From positions 2,095,894 through 2,127,893 of the forward strand of contig CP076040.1 in assembly GCA_014529675.2 (NCBI GenBank): a DNA stretch of 32,000 nucleotides, given 5' to 3'. This DNA comes from Opitutia bacterium ISCC 52. GTDB lineage: Bacteria > Verrucomicrobiota > Verrucomicrobiia > Opitutales > UBA2995. The notes beneath the pieces were generated by a model. That model saw nothing but the letters and a program-made list of their open reading frames with translations. It had not been told where the DNA came from and made no database searches. Position numbers and translations under genes: made by a program. Shown one piece after another: positions 18,234 to 27,276 of this stretch. Numbering within the stretch: position 1 is the stretch's first letter; each line of letters begins with the position of its first letter.

Positions 18234-19222
18234 ATGAAGATTCTTGTTGTCGGTGGTGCCGGCTATATAGGCAGTCACTGTGTTCGTCAGATTATCTCTG
18301 CAGGCCACCAACCAGTAGTTGTTGATAACCTGGTTTTGGGTCATCGAAAGGCTGTTTCTGGTGATGTTCCCTTTTACCAAGGCGATTTGGGTGATGAAGG
18401 CTTTGTCCTGCCATCCTGGAAAATGAGAAAATAGACATCGTCATGCATTTTGCTGCTTTTGCGGCGGTTGGTGAAAGCGTTCAGGATCCGATGATGTATT
18501 ACCTGAACAACGTAGCTGCTACGATTCATCTGTTAAACTCTATGAAGAAAGCAGGGGTAAACAAATTCATTTTTTCATCAACTTGCGCAACGTTTGGCAT
18601 CGTAGAAGATTTGCCCATCACCGAAAACCACCTTCAGAAGCCGATCAATCCTTACGGTCAGACGAAGCTGGATATAGAGAATTTCCTCAGATCATATGCT
18701 TCATCTACCGATTTCTGATTTGCCGTATTTCGCTACTTTAATGCGGCTGGCGCATCCGAGGATGGATCAATTGGTGAAGATCATGATCCTGAATTCAGCT
18801 TAATCCCCCTCGCGATCCAGTCTGCTATTGGGCAAAGAAGCAGTTTGAAACTATGTGCCAATGATTACCCCACGCCTGATGGCACTTGATTGAGGGATTA
18901 TGTGCATGTCGATGATCTATCCAGTGCCCATATAGCTGCCTTTGAGAAGCTTGAAGAACCAGGTCAGCAGCTCTTTTTCAACCTAGGCATTGGGAAGTCC
19001 TCCTCAGTGAAGGAAGTGATTTCAACAGTAGAAAAAGTGAGTGGCCTAAGCGTTCCATTTGAATATGCGGATCGTCGACCCGGTGATCCTCCGGCCTTTT
19101 TTGCCGATTCGACAATGGCTAACGACATCTTGGGTTGGGAACCCAAATTTCCTGACTTAGAAGCTATCGTAGAAACCGCCTGGAAGTGGAACTCGAGTCA
19201 TCCGGATGGATTTGATGACTAA
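18234..19222 (+). pseudogene. galE: UDP-glucose 4-epimerase remnant (three ORF fragments: one frameshift, two in-frame TGA)
   Basis: [14 protein letters not shown]; [17 protein letters not shown]; FSSTCATFG; NPYGQTKL; FAVFRYFNAAGASEDGSIGEDHDPE; DYPTPDGT*LRDYVHVDDL. The frameshift is near 18408-18413. The in-frame TGAs are at 18716-18718 and 18887-18889. Confidence 0.85.
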
Positions 19223-19240
19223 GACCCTTCTGATGCTGCG

Positions 19241-20737
19241 TCATTGCTCTTCTTTATACTGCTCGATTCGTTTGCGAAGCGTGGCTCGAGTAATGCCAAG
19301 GATGGCTGAAGTGCGAACCTGATTTCCGCCGGTTTCTTCCAGCGCTCGAACAATCATGGCATGCTCGATCAGGGTCAAAATGTCTTCGTTGGCCCCTTCT
19401 CGGAGTTTTTTGTAAAGCAACTCATAGCTGTCTTCTATGCTCAGCACCGAAGGGGCTGGATCAGTGGCAGTGGTGCTTTCGTCTTCATCTTGAGCGTCCG
19501 AACTTACTTCCGTAGAAGTCGACAATTTCTTCAGATCCAAATTGCGCTCGTTTGCCCAATCATGAATTTCGGAAGGAAGGTCTTTGGAAAGTATGGTATC
19601 ACCCTGCGCCAGGACTGATGCGCGATTTATTACGTTTTCAAGTTCACGCACATTGCCAGGCCATGGATACTGTTCTAATAATGAGCGAACATCTGCACTA
19701 ATGCGGTTAATTCGACTTTTCCCTTGTTTGGCGAGGCGCTGGAGCATGAAGTCTATTAACTCAGGGATATCGGCGCTTCGCTCCTTTAAATTCGGCAGGC
19801 GTATGCGGGCTACATTGAGTCGGTAGTAGAGGTCTTCCCTGAAATCTTTGTCCTCGACCAACTTTTCCAAGTCCTTGTTGGTCGCGGCAACCAGACGGAC
19901 GTTGACCTTAAGGGTTTCAGAGCCCCCTACTCGCTGAATCTCCCCTTCCTGCAATACGCGCAGCACTTTTGTTTGGGTCGCGAGTTCCATATCACCGATC
20001 TCGTCCAAAAAGATGGTGCCTCCATCGCAGAGCTCAAATTTACCTTTTCGAGTTTGAGCCGCCCCTGTAAACGCACCTTTTTCATGCCCAAATAACTCAC
20101 TCTCAATCAAGTTTTCCGGGATAGCAGCGCAATTGACCGCGATGTAGGGGCCGCCTGATCGAAGGCTGTGCTGGCAAATGGCTTTGGCGATCAATTCCTT
20201 ACCCGTTCCACTTTCGCCGGTAATCAGGACAGTAACTTCACTGGCTGCAATTTGCCCGATCTGCTTAAACACCTCCTGCATGGGCTGAGAACTTCCCACT
20301 ATGCCCTCCTTATAGTCGTCGCTATTTAGGAGAGGTTCATACTCCTCCGTGCTTTCTCTGTCGGCTTTCGCTTCCAGTGCTTTTTCGATGAGCGACATCA
20401 CCTTCTCCATATCGAAGGGTTTGATGATGTAGTCGAATGCTCCAAATTTCATGGCTTCAATGGCTGTCTGAGTAGTGCCATAGGCCGTCATCATTATGAT
20501 ATGACAGCTATCTCGGTCACCCATGAGATGCTGGAGTGTCTCCAGTCCCGAGATGCCCCCCATTCGGTTATCGAGAAAAATAATATCCGGTAGCTCCTTG
20601 GCAGCGACTTCTATCCCTTTTTCACCACTGCCAGCCTCTATTACTTCGAAATTGCGAGTTTGTAAGACACGGCTCAGTGAATAGCGAACTTCATCGTCGT
20701 CATCGATAATCAAAATTTTTGCAGTCATTCCTTCCAT
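19241..20737 (-). CDS. Sigma-54-dependent response regulator (NtrC family: receiver + AAA+ + Fis-type HTH)
   Basis: Receiver [11 protein letters not shown]...IIFLDNRM...IIKP. Walker A GESGTGKE, the GAFTGA loop ([10 protein letters not shown]), and a C-terminal [23 protein letters not shown]. Confidence 0.9.
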   Translation of the reverse strand: MEGMTAKILIIDDDDEVRYSLSRVLQTRNFEVIEAGSGEKGIEVAAKELPDIIFLDNRMGGISGLETLQHLMGDRDSCHIIMMTAYGTTQTAIEAMKFGAFDYIIKPFDMEKVMSLIEKALEAKADRESTEEYEPLLNSDDYKEGIVGSSQPMQEVFKQIGQIAASEVTVLITGESGTGKELIAKAICQHSLRSGGPYIAVNCAAIPENLIESELFGHEKGAFTGAAQTRKGKFELCDGGTIFLDEIGDMELATQTKVLRVLQEGEIQRVGGSETLKVNVRLVAATNKDLEKLVEDKDFREDLYYRLNVARIRLPNLKERSADIPELIDFMLQRLAKQGKSRINRISADVRSLLEQYPWPGNVRELENVINRASVLAQGDTILSKDLPSEIHDWANERNLDLKKLSTSTEVSSDAQDEDESTTATDPAPSVLSIEDSYELLYKKLREGANEDILTLIEHAMIVRALEETGGNQVRTSAILGITRATLRKRIEQYKEEQ

Positions 20738-20854
20738 AGATCTTCTCCTGGTCAGTTGGGTTTAACCTATCTTACAGCAGGATTTTTGCCATTGCATAGG
20801 CTAAACAAAAGATGGGTCAATTCTCATATGCAAATCGCATAGGTTCAAAAGACA

Positions 20855-21502
20855 ATGAAGATCCTTTTTGAAGACGCTCTATTACTGGTAATCAGTAAGC
20901 CAGCAGGCACCATCACTGAAGGCCCTACCAAGGATGGTAAGGAGTCAGCAGAGTCATGGTTGTCTAAAAATGGGCAACAGCGTGTATACGCCTGTCATCG
21001 ATTAGACCGAGATACAACGGGTGTGGTCATTTTTGCTAAAACAAAATCAGCTCTACGACTCATCAATGAACAATTCTCCAAGCGTCAGATAAAAAAAACT
21101 TACCTGGCTTGCGTGGATGGAGAATGGGCAAAGGCCTGGAATCGAATTGAAACTAGAATTAGAAGAACCACGGGAGCGGCCTGGGAAAATGCCGATGAAG
21201 GGAAGCTGGCAATTACGACCTTTCGGAGATTGGCATCTTGGAATGGCCGAAGCCTTCTGCAGGTGCTGCCCAAAACAGGCCGGACTCATCAAATTCGGCT
21301 CCATTGTGCATTCAAGTCCTGTCCGATATCAGGTGATGGGTTATACGGTCAAAGGACAGAAGATCTGCCTTCGATGGCCTTACACGCCCGAGAACTTTTA
21401 TTTAAGCACCCTACGACCCAAGAGAATTTGCGGATAGAAGCCCCCTTGCCGGATTACTGGCAATCGCATTGGTTAAAGGATTGCCCAGTTCAAATGGACT
21501 AA
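20855..21502 (+). CDS. RluA-family pseudouridine synthase
   Basis: 215 aa. Catalytic motif HRLDRDTTGVVIFAK and a later GRTHQIRLH motif. Confidence 0.85.
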   Translation: MKILFEDALLLVISKPAGTITEGPTKDGKESAESWLSKNGQQRVYACHRLDRDTTGVVIFAKTKSALRLINEQFSKRQIKKTYLACVDGEWAKAWNRIETRIRRTTGAAWENADEGKLAITTFRRLASWNGRSLLQVLPKTGRTHQIRLHCAFKSCPISGDGLYGQRTEDLPSMALHARELLFKHPTTQENLRIEAPLPDYWQSHWLKDCPVQMD

Positions 21503-23139
21503 AGCGATATGCCTCTTTTCCAGGGCAGAAAATCGTCCTGTCCAAGTCGAACCGCTGCAGGTTGGAACTTGCCACTGGCTACGTCGACAACCTGGTCCAG
21601 CAATTCATTTCCCATTTCAGGAATGGATTTTTCACCTCTAATAATGGGGCCTGCATCAAAATCGATAATATCACTCATGGATTCAGCCAGTTTGGTGTTG
21701 GTGGCCATTTTTATGGTTGGGGTAACCGCATTTCCGGTAGGCGTACCCAGTCCGGTAGTGAAAATGATGATATTGCATCCGGCTCCGGCAAGTGCGGTGG
21801 TTGATTCCACATCTCCGCCAGGGGTGCACAGTAAGTTCAAGCCCGGTTTGGTCGCCATCTCTGGGTAATCCAGCACATCTTCAATAGGCGAAGTGCCACC
21901 TTTTTTTGCGGCCCCGGCAGATTTGATGGCATCCGTGATCAATCCGTCGGCGATATTTCCAGGGGAAGGATTGGCATAAAACCCTGACCCCACCTCTTCT
22001 GCACGAGCCGAGTAGGTATTCATCAAATCCTGAAAACGCTTGGCCACCGGGTCTGAAACACAACGATTCAATAGTTCGCGCTCGACCCCACACAGTTCGG
22101 GGAATTCTGCCAAAATAGGAGTTCCCCCCAATGCTACTAGCATATCAGACATGTGACCCAGGCTTGGGTTGGCTGACAAGCCAGAGAATCCATCAGAGCC
22201 TCCACATTCCAGCCCTATGGTCAGTTTGGATAAGGGAGCAGGTTCTCTTTTTAATTGGTTAATATCATCGAGGCCTACAAAAATATCTTTTAGGGACTGG
22301 GTGAGCATCATCTGCTCTGACTCGCTTTTCTGCTGAGTGTGAATATGGAGGGGTCGATCAAAACCAGGATCACGTTTGTCAATTTCTTCCTGTAAGCGAC
22401 TGACTTCGGCCTGCTGACAACCCAAACTCAAAACGGTAGCACCCGCCACATTGGGATGGGTTATGTAGCCGGCCAATAAACCGCACAAGGCATGAGAATC
22501 TGAATAAACGCTTCCACATCCAGCTCCATGAGTAAGGAATTTAACTCCGTCTACATTGGGGAACGGTCTGGAACTGGCTCCAAGACCGGCAGGTAATTCT
22601 TCCGCTAGCCACTCCTCGCGGCTGGCCCCCTGCTCTCTTAGGAATGCCATGCGCTTGAATAGGCTTTCATAGCGACTGCGCTGCCCCATTCCTAAGGTTT
22701 CAGCCACGGCCTCCCGCATCACATTGATGTTCCGATTCTCACAAAATACTAGAGGAACCACCAACCAGACGTTTTGAGTTCCTGCGCGCCCGTCAGATCG
22801 GTGATAGCCGTCAAAGGTTTTACCATTCCATTGCGATATATCCGGAGCGGTCCATGAGGCCATCACTTCACGCTGGGACGCAGAGTAGCTATCAATTTCG
22901 TGGGTAATATTGTTTATGGTCAGTAATCCGCCAGCGGGAATAGCTTCATTCGCAATCCCGACGGTTACTCCATACATGTGTATGAGGTCGCCTTTTTGAA
23001 AGTCCTTAAGGGCTACTTTGTGTTTCGCCTGGATGGGTTCGACGGTTTTGATGTTTGGAGAAACATCAATTCCAGGTGCTAGGTCTTCTAAAGCGACAGC
23101 TACGGTATCTTTAGGATCAATGATTATAGAGGTTTTCAT
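21499..23139 (-). CDS. uxaA: Altronate dehydratase (UxaA/GarD family)
   Basis: 546 aa. N-terminal SAF-like domain (DTVAVALEDL). LECGGSDGFSGLSANP, NPSPGN, and GLNLLCTPGGDVESTTALAGAGCNIIIFTTGLGTP closely follow the E. coli UxaA pattern as I recall it. Confidence 0.85.
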   Translation of the reverse strand: MKTSIIIDPKDTVAVALEDLAPGIDVSPNIKTVEPIQAKHKVALKDFQKGDLIHMYGVTVGIANEAIPAGGLLTINNITHEIDSYSASQREVMASWTAPDISQWNGKTFDGYHRSDGRAGTQNVWLVVPLVFCENRNINVMREAVAETLGMGQRSRYESLFKRMAFLREQGASREEWLAEELPAGLGASSRPFPNVDGVKFLTHGAGCGSVYSDSHALCGLLAGYITHPNVAGATVLSLGCQQAEVSRLQEEIDKRDPGFDRPLHIHTQQKSESEQMMLTQSLKDIFVGLDDINQLKREPAPLSKLTIGLECGGSDGFSGLSANPSLGHMSDMLVALGGTPILAEFPELCGVERELLNRCVSDPVAKRFQDLMNTYSARAEEVGSGFYANPSPGNIADGLITDAIKSAGAAKKGGTSPIEDVLDYPEMATKPGLNLLCTPGGDVESTTALAGAGCNIIIFTTGLGTPTGNAVTPTIKMATNTKLAESMSDIIDFDAGPIIRGEKSIPEMGNELLDQVVDVASGKFQPAAVRLGQDDFLPWKRGISL

Positions 23140-23173
23140 ACTAAATGGTGAAGGAACCCCACAGACTTAGGCT

Positions 23174-25033
23174 TTACGGGTGAATATCAGCAATAAAATT
23201 GTCGAAAGAAACGTAATTTGAGAGTTTGGACTTCACATTCTGGCAAACCTGGGCATCTACCAGCCCAGTGGTATCGGCGAGAAAACAAATATACTCAGCC
23301 ACTTTGACGGCGTATCGAAGGCGACCTTCATCGCTGATCGAATAAAAACGTGCCCTCTGTTTGTATCCTGCCGGCGAGTGATCACCTAAAGAGGACTTTT
23401 CAGCTACCCCATCGGCAGCCAGCACGTAGAGGAAATTGTATTCAAACCAGAACATATGATCTGGGTTGGGTCTTAGCGCTTCCAGGGCCGTTCTAGTGCT
23501 GGCAGCTGACTCGAACACCTCCGTATTTGTTTTCTCAAAGTTGAGGGCATCGACAATGAATTCACGGGCCATTTTTTGTTCTGTTGGATCGGCGCTGAAT
23601 GCTCCTGCCACAGCTAAATCAATGGTGAATGCATACCAATCCCTCCATAGAGCTTGGTCACTGGTGTCACTCGATTGGCTGAGCGCGACACCCATTTCGT
23701 AGGTGTAACGACCACTGGTTTTAATCTCGAGATTCTGAGAAGTCACGTCACCCATCACTTTGTAATTCTCTCCTGATTTTCCTGAACCAGAATGAAAACC
23801 AATGCTGACGCCCAGTTTTTCACAAACAACCCATTGGCGAGTGATCATCTCTTCCAGTTCCTTATTATCAGGATATGGCATGTTCTTTTGGAAACCAAAT
23901 GCAGGTGCCACAAAATCTGCCGACATGCCCATTGCTTCACATAATGAGAGCATAATCCCTGTTGTTTCTGGGCTCGTAAGTCCTGGCAACTCATCGATTG
24001 ATAATTCCCGCAAGTAGGCACGGCCTTCCTCGTTTGTGAAAGCAGCTTCCCGGGCGGCCCGGTATTTATCATCCCGAACCTTCATCTTTTTCATGGCAGG
24101 CCAGACATAACAGAGAAGTTCATTAAACTCTGCCTCGTCCAATGATAGACCGAGTTGATTTACTTTTGAGCGAACCGTATCGACCAATGAAGTCTCTATT
24201 TCCTTCTGCACATAGTCGACTCTCCTTTCCTGGCTGTCAGGCACCAGTGTTTCAGCGAGCTCTGGAGATAGGTCAAAAGTGATGTATGAAGCGAATAAGC
24301 AACCAGCTACCAGTGCATCTTCGCGTATGTCGTACTTCCCGCCGATGGGTTGATGGTCGGCATTGAAGCTCCATGCGATTCGCCGGTGATGAAAACCACT
24401 TTTCAGTTTTTGCAAAACACAGCCGTGACTCATGCCCTCGACAGACTGGCCTTGGTGTCCTTCCGGAACATCCGTCCCAATGAATGGAAAGGGAACCGTT
24501 TCCAGTTCATCAGCCAACATCACGTCGACATCGTAGACCAGTTCCCTTGGGATACTATTTTGATTGGCAGTAAGCCCGATTCCCAGTTGCGCCATTGCCC
24601 AATCGACTCCTGGCCAGTGGAGGGTCGTAAAGCGTGCGCCTATGCCAAGAGTGCTATTTCCAAGCTCCTTGGAAGTTCTTGGGAAAATCGTGCAGTCGAT
24701 GGTATCTTTTTGAACGATGTTCTTTACCTTGATCAGGTTTTCAAAACTAGCCGGGAAATAGAAACAATTCTCAATCTGAACACCGTCGGAAAGTACTTCG
24801 ATAGCATCATCAAACAATGCTTCAAGACACCAAGCATGATCACCGAGGTGATCTTCGACCAAAGACCACATTCCGTGTCCTGTCGAAAAATGACTCGGTT
24901 CATGGCGGGTAATATTTTTCGATGAAATATTTGCCTGTAGAGACTCCCAATCTAAACAAAAGTCTGGACTGATACAGGGGTTGTCGTGAATCCGTAGATT
25001 ATGTTCGAGAAGGAATGAATTGATCGCGCTCAT
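23174..25033 (-). CDS. Divergent UxaE-family (tagaturonate/fructuronate epimerase-like) protein
   Basis: 619 aa, 34 nt upstream of uxaA on the same strand. The segments LGIGARFTT, FNADHQP, GFHSGSGKS and IKTSGRYTYEM line up with the GTGDRLG, ADADH, LHSGSDKF and VKTAGTSYLEA blocks of Thermotoga UxaE as I recall them. This is a weak, memory-based assignment. Confidence 0.45.
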   Translation of the reverse strand: MSAINSFLLEHNLRIHDNPCISPDFCLDWESLQANISSKNITRHEPSHFSTGHGMWSLVEDHLGDHAWCLEALFDDAIEVLSDGVQIENCFYFPASFENLIKVKNIVQKDTIDCTIFPRTSKELGNSTLGIGARFTTLHWPGVDWAMAQLGIGLTANQNSIPRELVYDVDVMLADELETVPFPFIGTDVPEGHQGQSVEGMSHGCVLQKLKSGFHHRRIAWSFNADHQPIGGKYDIREDALVAGCLFASYITFDLSPELAETLVPDSQERRVDYVQKEIETSLVDTVRSKVNQLGLSLDEAEFNELLCYVWPAMKKMKVRDDKYRAAREAAFTNEEGRAYLRELSIDELPGLTSPETTGIMLSLCEAMGMSADFVAPAFGFQKNMPYPDNKELEEMITRQWVVCEKLGVSIGFHSGSGKSGENYKVMGDVTSQNLEIKTSGRYTYEMGVALSQSSDTSDQALWRDWYAFTIDLAVAGAFSADPTEQKMAREFIVDALNFEKTNTEVFESAASTRTALEALRPNPDHMFWFEYNFLYVLAADGVAEKSSLGDHSPAGYKQRARFYSISDEGRLRYAVKVAEYICFLADTTGLVDAQVCQNVKSKLSNYVSFDNFIADIHP

Positions 25034-25311
25034 GAATAAAAACCATTAACATGAGTATCCCTTCCGTAGACTAAAAGACAAATCCCGTACTTAACCTGAC
25101 CTTTTCATGGAAATAAGGAACTCGCGCATAAGGTACCTGAAAATGGCTTAATCCCTTGGAAAGGCCAATGTTTCCCAGCACCAACGGTGAGAGGAAGAGA
25201 ATAATCTTAAGCGGATTCATTGCATGGCCTTAATTTAGAGCGCTAAAATATAACCTATTCGATTCGGATTAATCGTCAAACATGCAACAGAATTGGACTC
25301 GCGGTTCCGGA

Positions 25312-26148
25312 TCATGCCCCCAGTATTTCAGCTAGCTGGTTCAAATCCTTGGCAATGATATCGACAGGAACTTTCGGAATTACCGGACTCTTCCCCAGGC
25401 CGAACTCATCCGGACGCTCAATTGCTGCAACCTTCAAACCAGCTTTTGCAGCACCGGCCATATCTACGTTATGTGACGCTGCAGATACCATCATGCATTC
25501 ACTGGGATGGAACTCAAGCGCCTCCGCCGACGCCTGATAGACACGTGCCTTAGGTTTATAGTCCTTAGCAATGTCTGCGCCGAGGGTCGCATCAAAACGG
25601 ATGTCATTGCGGCGTGCAACATCGGCAATCAATCTAATATTCGCATTGGATACTGGCGCCAAAAGAAACTTCTTGCGCAATCGGGGAAGTGCACTCGCAA
25701 CGTCTGGCCAAGCGTCAAGACGGTGCCAAGAGAGATTAAGATCATGCAGGACGTCCTCCGACAAGCCTGTGACGTCAAAGCGTGGGAGAACCATATCAAG
25801 CATTCGACGATGCACGACATCCAGATTTACATATGGAATGCGGCCAGAACGGACTTCCTCCATTCCCGGCCCATATAAGGAGCGCCAGGCATCCGCGAAG
25901 GCCAACCAGTCGAGCGAGTAGCCTAGCGGTTTAAGTATGGTTTCTACTGATCGCGCGACACCCGTGCGCCAATCAAGAACTGTGCCGAACATATCAAAGA
26001 AAAGCGCTTTGACACCGTATTGTGAATTGCCGGGCACCCCTTGGCCAAATCCTGGACCCGCGGACAAAACTGCAAAGCTTGTGACAATACTGCCACCGGT
26101 CAGTATCGTTGAGCTCTTCAAAAAAGATCGCCTTCCAATTATCGTCAT
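25312..26148 (-). CDS. Type II haloacid dehalogenase-family hydrolase with twin-arginine (Tat) signal peptide
   Basis: HAD type II motifs FFDMFGTVLDW (Asp nucleophile), PVSNAN, DYKPKARVY, SAASHNVDMAGA. N-terminus MTIIGRRSFLKSSTILTGG... matches the S/T-RRxFLK Tat consensus. The ATG at 26148 is preceded by GGTGAGAA. Confidence 0.8.
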   Translation of the reverse strand: MTIIGRRSFLKSSTILTGGSIVTSFAVLSAGPGFGQGVPGNSQYGVKALFFDMFGTVLDWRTGVARSVETILKPLGYSLDWLAFADAWRSLYGPGMEEVRSGRIPYVNLDVVHRRMLDMVLPRFDVTGLSEDVLHDLNLSWHRLDAWPDVASALPRLRKKFLLAPVSNANIRLIADVARRNDIRFDATLGADIAKDYKPKARVYQASAEALEFHPSECMMVSAASHNVDMAGAAKAGLKVAAIERPDEFGLGKSPVIPKVPVDIIAKDLNQLAEILGA

Positions 26149-26155
26149 ATCGTTC

Positions 26156-26440
26156 TCACCTTTCCAAATCAGCACTCAGAACTGCATTAATGCCATCGTA
26201 GTTGATTGCCTGGATGGTCTTATGACTATCAGCAAACTCCTGATAGGAAAACAATACTGAAACACCTCCTGCTCCAGATTCAATGTATGTAGTTCCGTTA
26301 AGATTAAGAGTGACAGACCATCCAAGTGGGAGATCTGCGGTCCCATTGCCGCCGATGCTTATCACCGTCCCAGGTAATGCTTGAATCAGAAGCGCGTTAA
26401 TACCGATAAGACAACTTACAATACGAAACAGGGGAATCAT
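26156..26440 (-). CDS. Small hypothetical protein with hydrophobic N-terminus (possible exported protein)
   Basis: About 94 aa. MIPLFRIVSCLIGINALLIQALPG looks signal-peptide-like. I recognise no family. It ends 8 nt before the HAD start, so is probably co-transcribed. Coding status is unproven. Confidence 0.35.
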   Translation of the reverse strand: MIPLFRIVSCLIGINALLIQALPGTVISIGGNGTADLPLGWSVTLNLNGTTYIESGAGGVSVLFSYQEFADSHKTIQAINYDGINAVLSADLER

Positions 26441-26539
26441 GCTCGCCAATTAACTAACGATTCAATTTATCGGCAATTTTATTTTATGAGTAATTTATCC
26501 CGTGGCTTTGAAAAGTCATAGAGAGTATAAAGCCTGTAG

Positions 26540-26617
26540 GGAGAAAAATTCTGTGTGGGCTACTCAGTCTCTGTCCGACTATAATCTATGCCTCAGGAGA
26601 ATAAAATTCTGTCTGGG
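26540..26617. repeat. Imperfect direct repeat pair in ORF-free DNA
   Basis: GGAGAAAAATTCTGTGTGGG (26540-26559) versus GGAGAATAAAATTCTGTCTGGG (26596-26617). That is 19 of 20 aligned bases identical, with one 2-nt indel. Each copy is followed within about 10-25 nt by CTGTCCG. Confidence 0.5.
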
Positions 26618-27201
26618 TTAAGGAATACACATTAATCAGCCTGTCCGTCAGGGCAGACCCCCTCCCCGCTCTTCTCTGAAAATTACTACAATATTTTTAG
26701 AGATTAGCTAATGCCTACACTCAGAGGAATTCGGATACGACCACTCCACTTGTGTTTCACAGAAAGGGGACCCCTGTCTTCGTATTCGAATGTGTTGGAT
26801 AGATGGGAGCGTTTATATACCAGCGACTACCCCAGGCTTTATATGGCGACCTACCCTACCCCTAATTAGCTTTAACAGGAATAGGGACCAGGGCACAGCT
26901 GCAAGCCTCTGGATTCTACTTGGCAGGTGCGGTTCATACTTATGACAGCGTCAGCAAGTGTAGGATTAATAACTTGGTCCTCCTTGGGGACTAAGTCACT
27001 TCTTCTGCCTTGTGCCAGTCCTACAGTCTCCTTCTGAAGCTGATAAGCTCCCCTAGGCACCTTTCAGCTCTTAGGAATAAAGGGGAAAATAAGGGATTGA
27101 ATTCGTGATAATGGCCCACAAGTGGCTCACAGCGACCTGCAGAAAGCTCTTTTCTAAAACGATAAATGATCGTATTTTCTTTATCAGCAATAGATTACAA
27201 A

Positions 27202-27276
27202 TGGTGCCAGAGGGCAGAGTTGAACTGCCGACCAAGAGCTTATGAGTCTCCTGCTCTACCACTGAGCTACTCTGGC
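27202..27276 (-). tRNA. tRNA with CAU anticodon (elongator Met, or Ile2 if lysidine-modified), CCA encoded
   Basis: The reverse complement folds by hand into a cloverleaf: GCCAGAG TA GCTC AGTGGTA GAGC A GGAGA CTCATAA GCTCT TGGTC GGCAG TTCAACT CTGCC CTCTGGC A CCA. The acceptor stem has 7 bp, the D stem 4 bp and the T stem 5 bp. The G1-C72 pair rules out an initiator. Confidence 0.9.

Noticed and set aside
18219-18234. A sigma-54-like element, TGGCAC-tattta-TTGA, upstream of galE and near the sigma-54 activator.
   Set aside because: The spacing is N6 rather than N5, and the -12 element is TTGA rather than TTGC. The motif ends on the start codon of a pseudogene, so the transcript would begin inside the ORF. 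On the other strand it does not face the lipid cluster.
26766-26800. GGGGACCCCTGTCTTCGTATTCGAATG resembling the 5' end of tmRNA (GGGG...GGATTCGAC).
   Set aside because: There is no tRNA-like 3' domain (T-arm plus CCA) within 300-450 nt downstream. No tag-peptide reading frame ends in the usual hydrophobic ...AA stop. The similarity is limited to a few bases.
26872-27262. ORF-track entries 26872-27060 and 27071-27262 on the minus strand.
   Set aside because: The second overlaps the tRNA gene. Both are short, have no recognisable motifs and lack plausible ribosome-binding context, so they are treated as non-coding.
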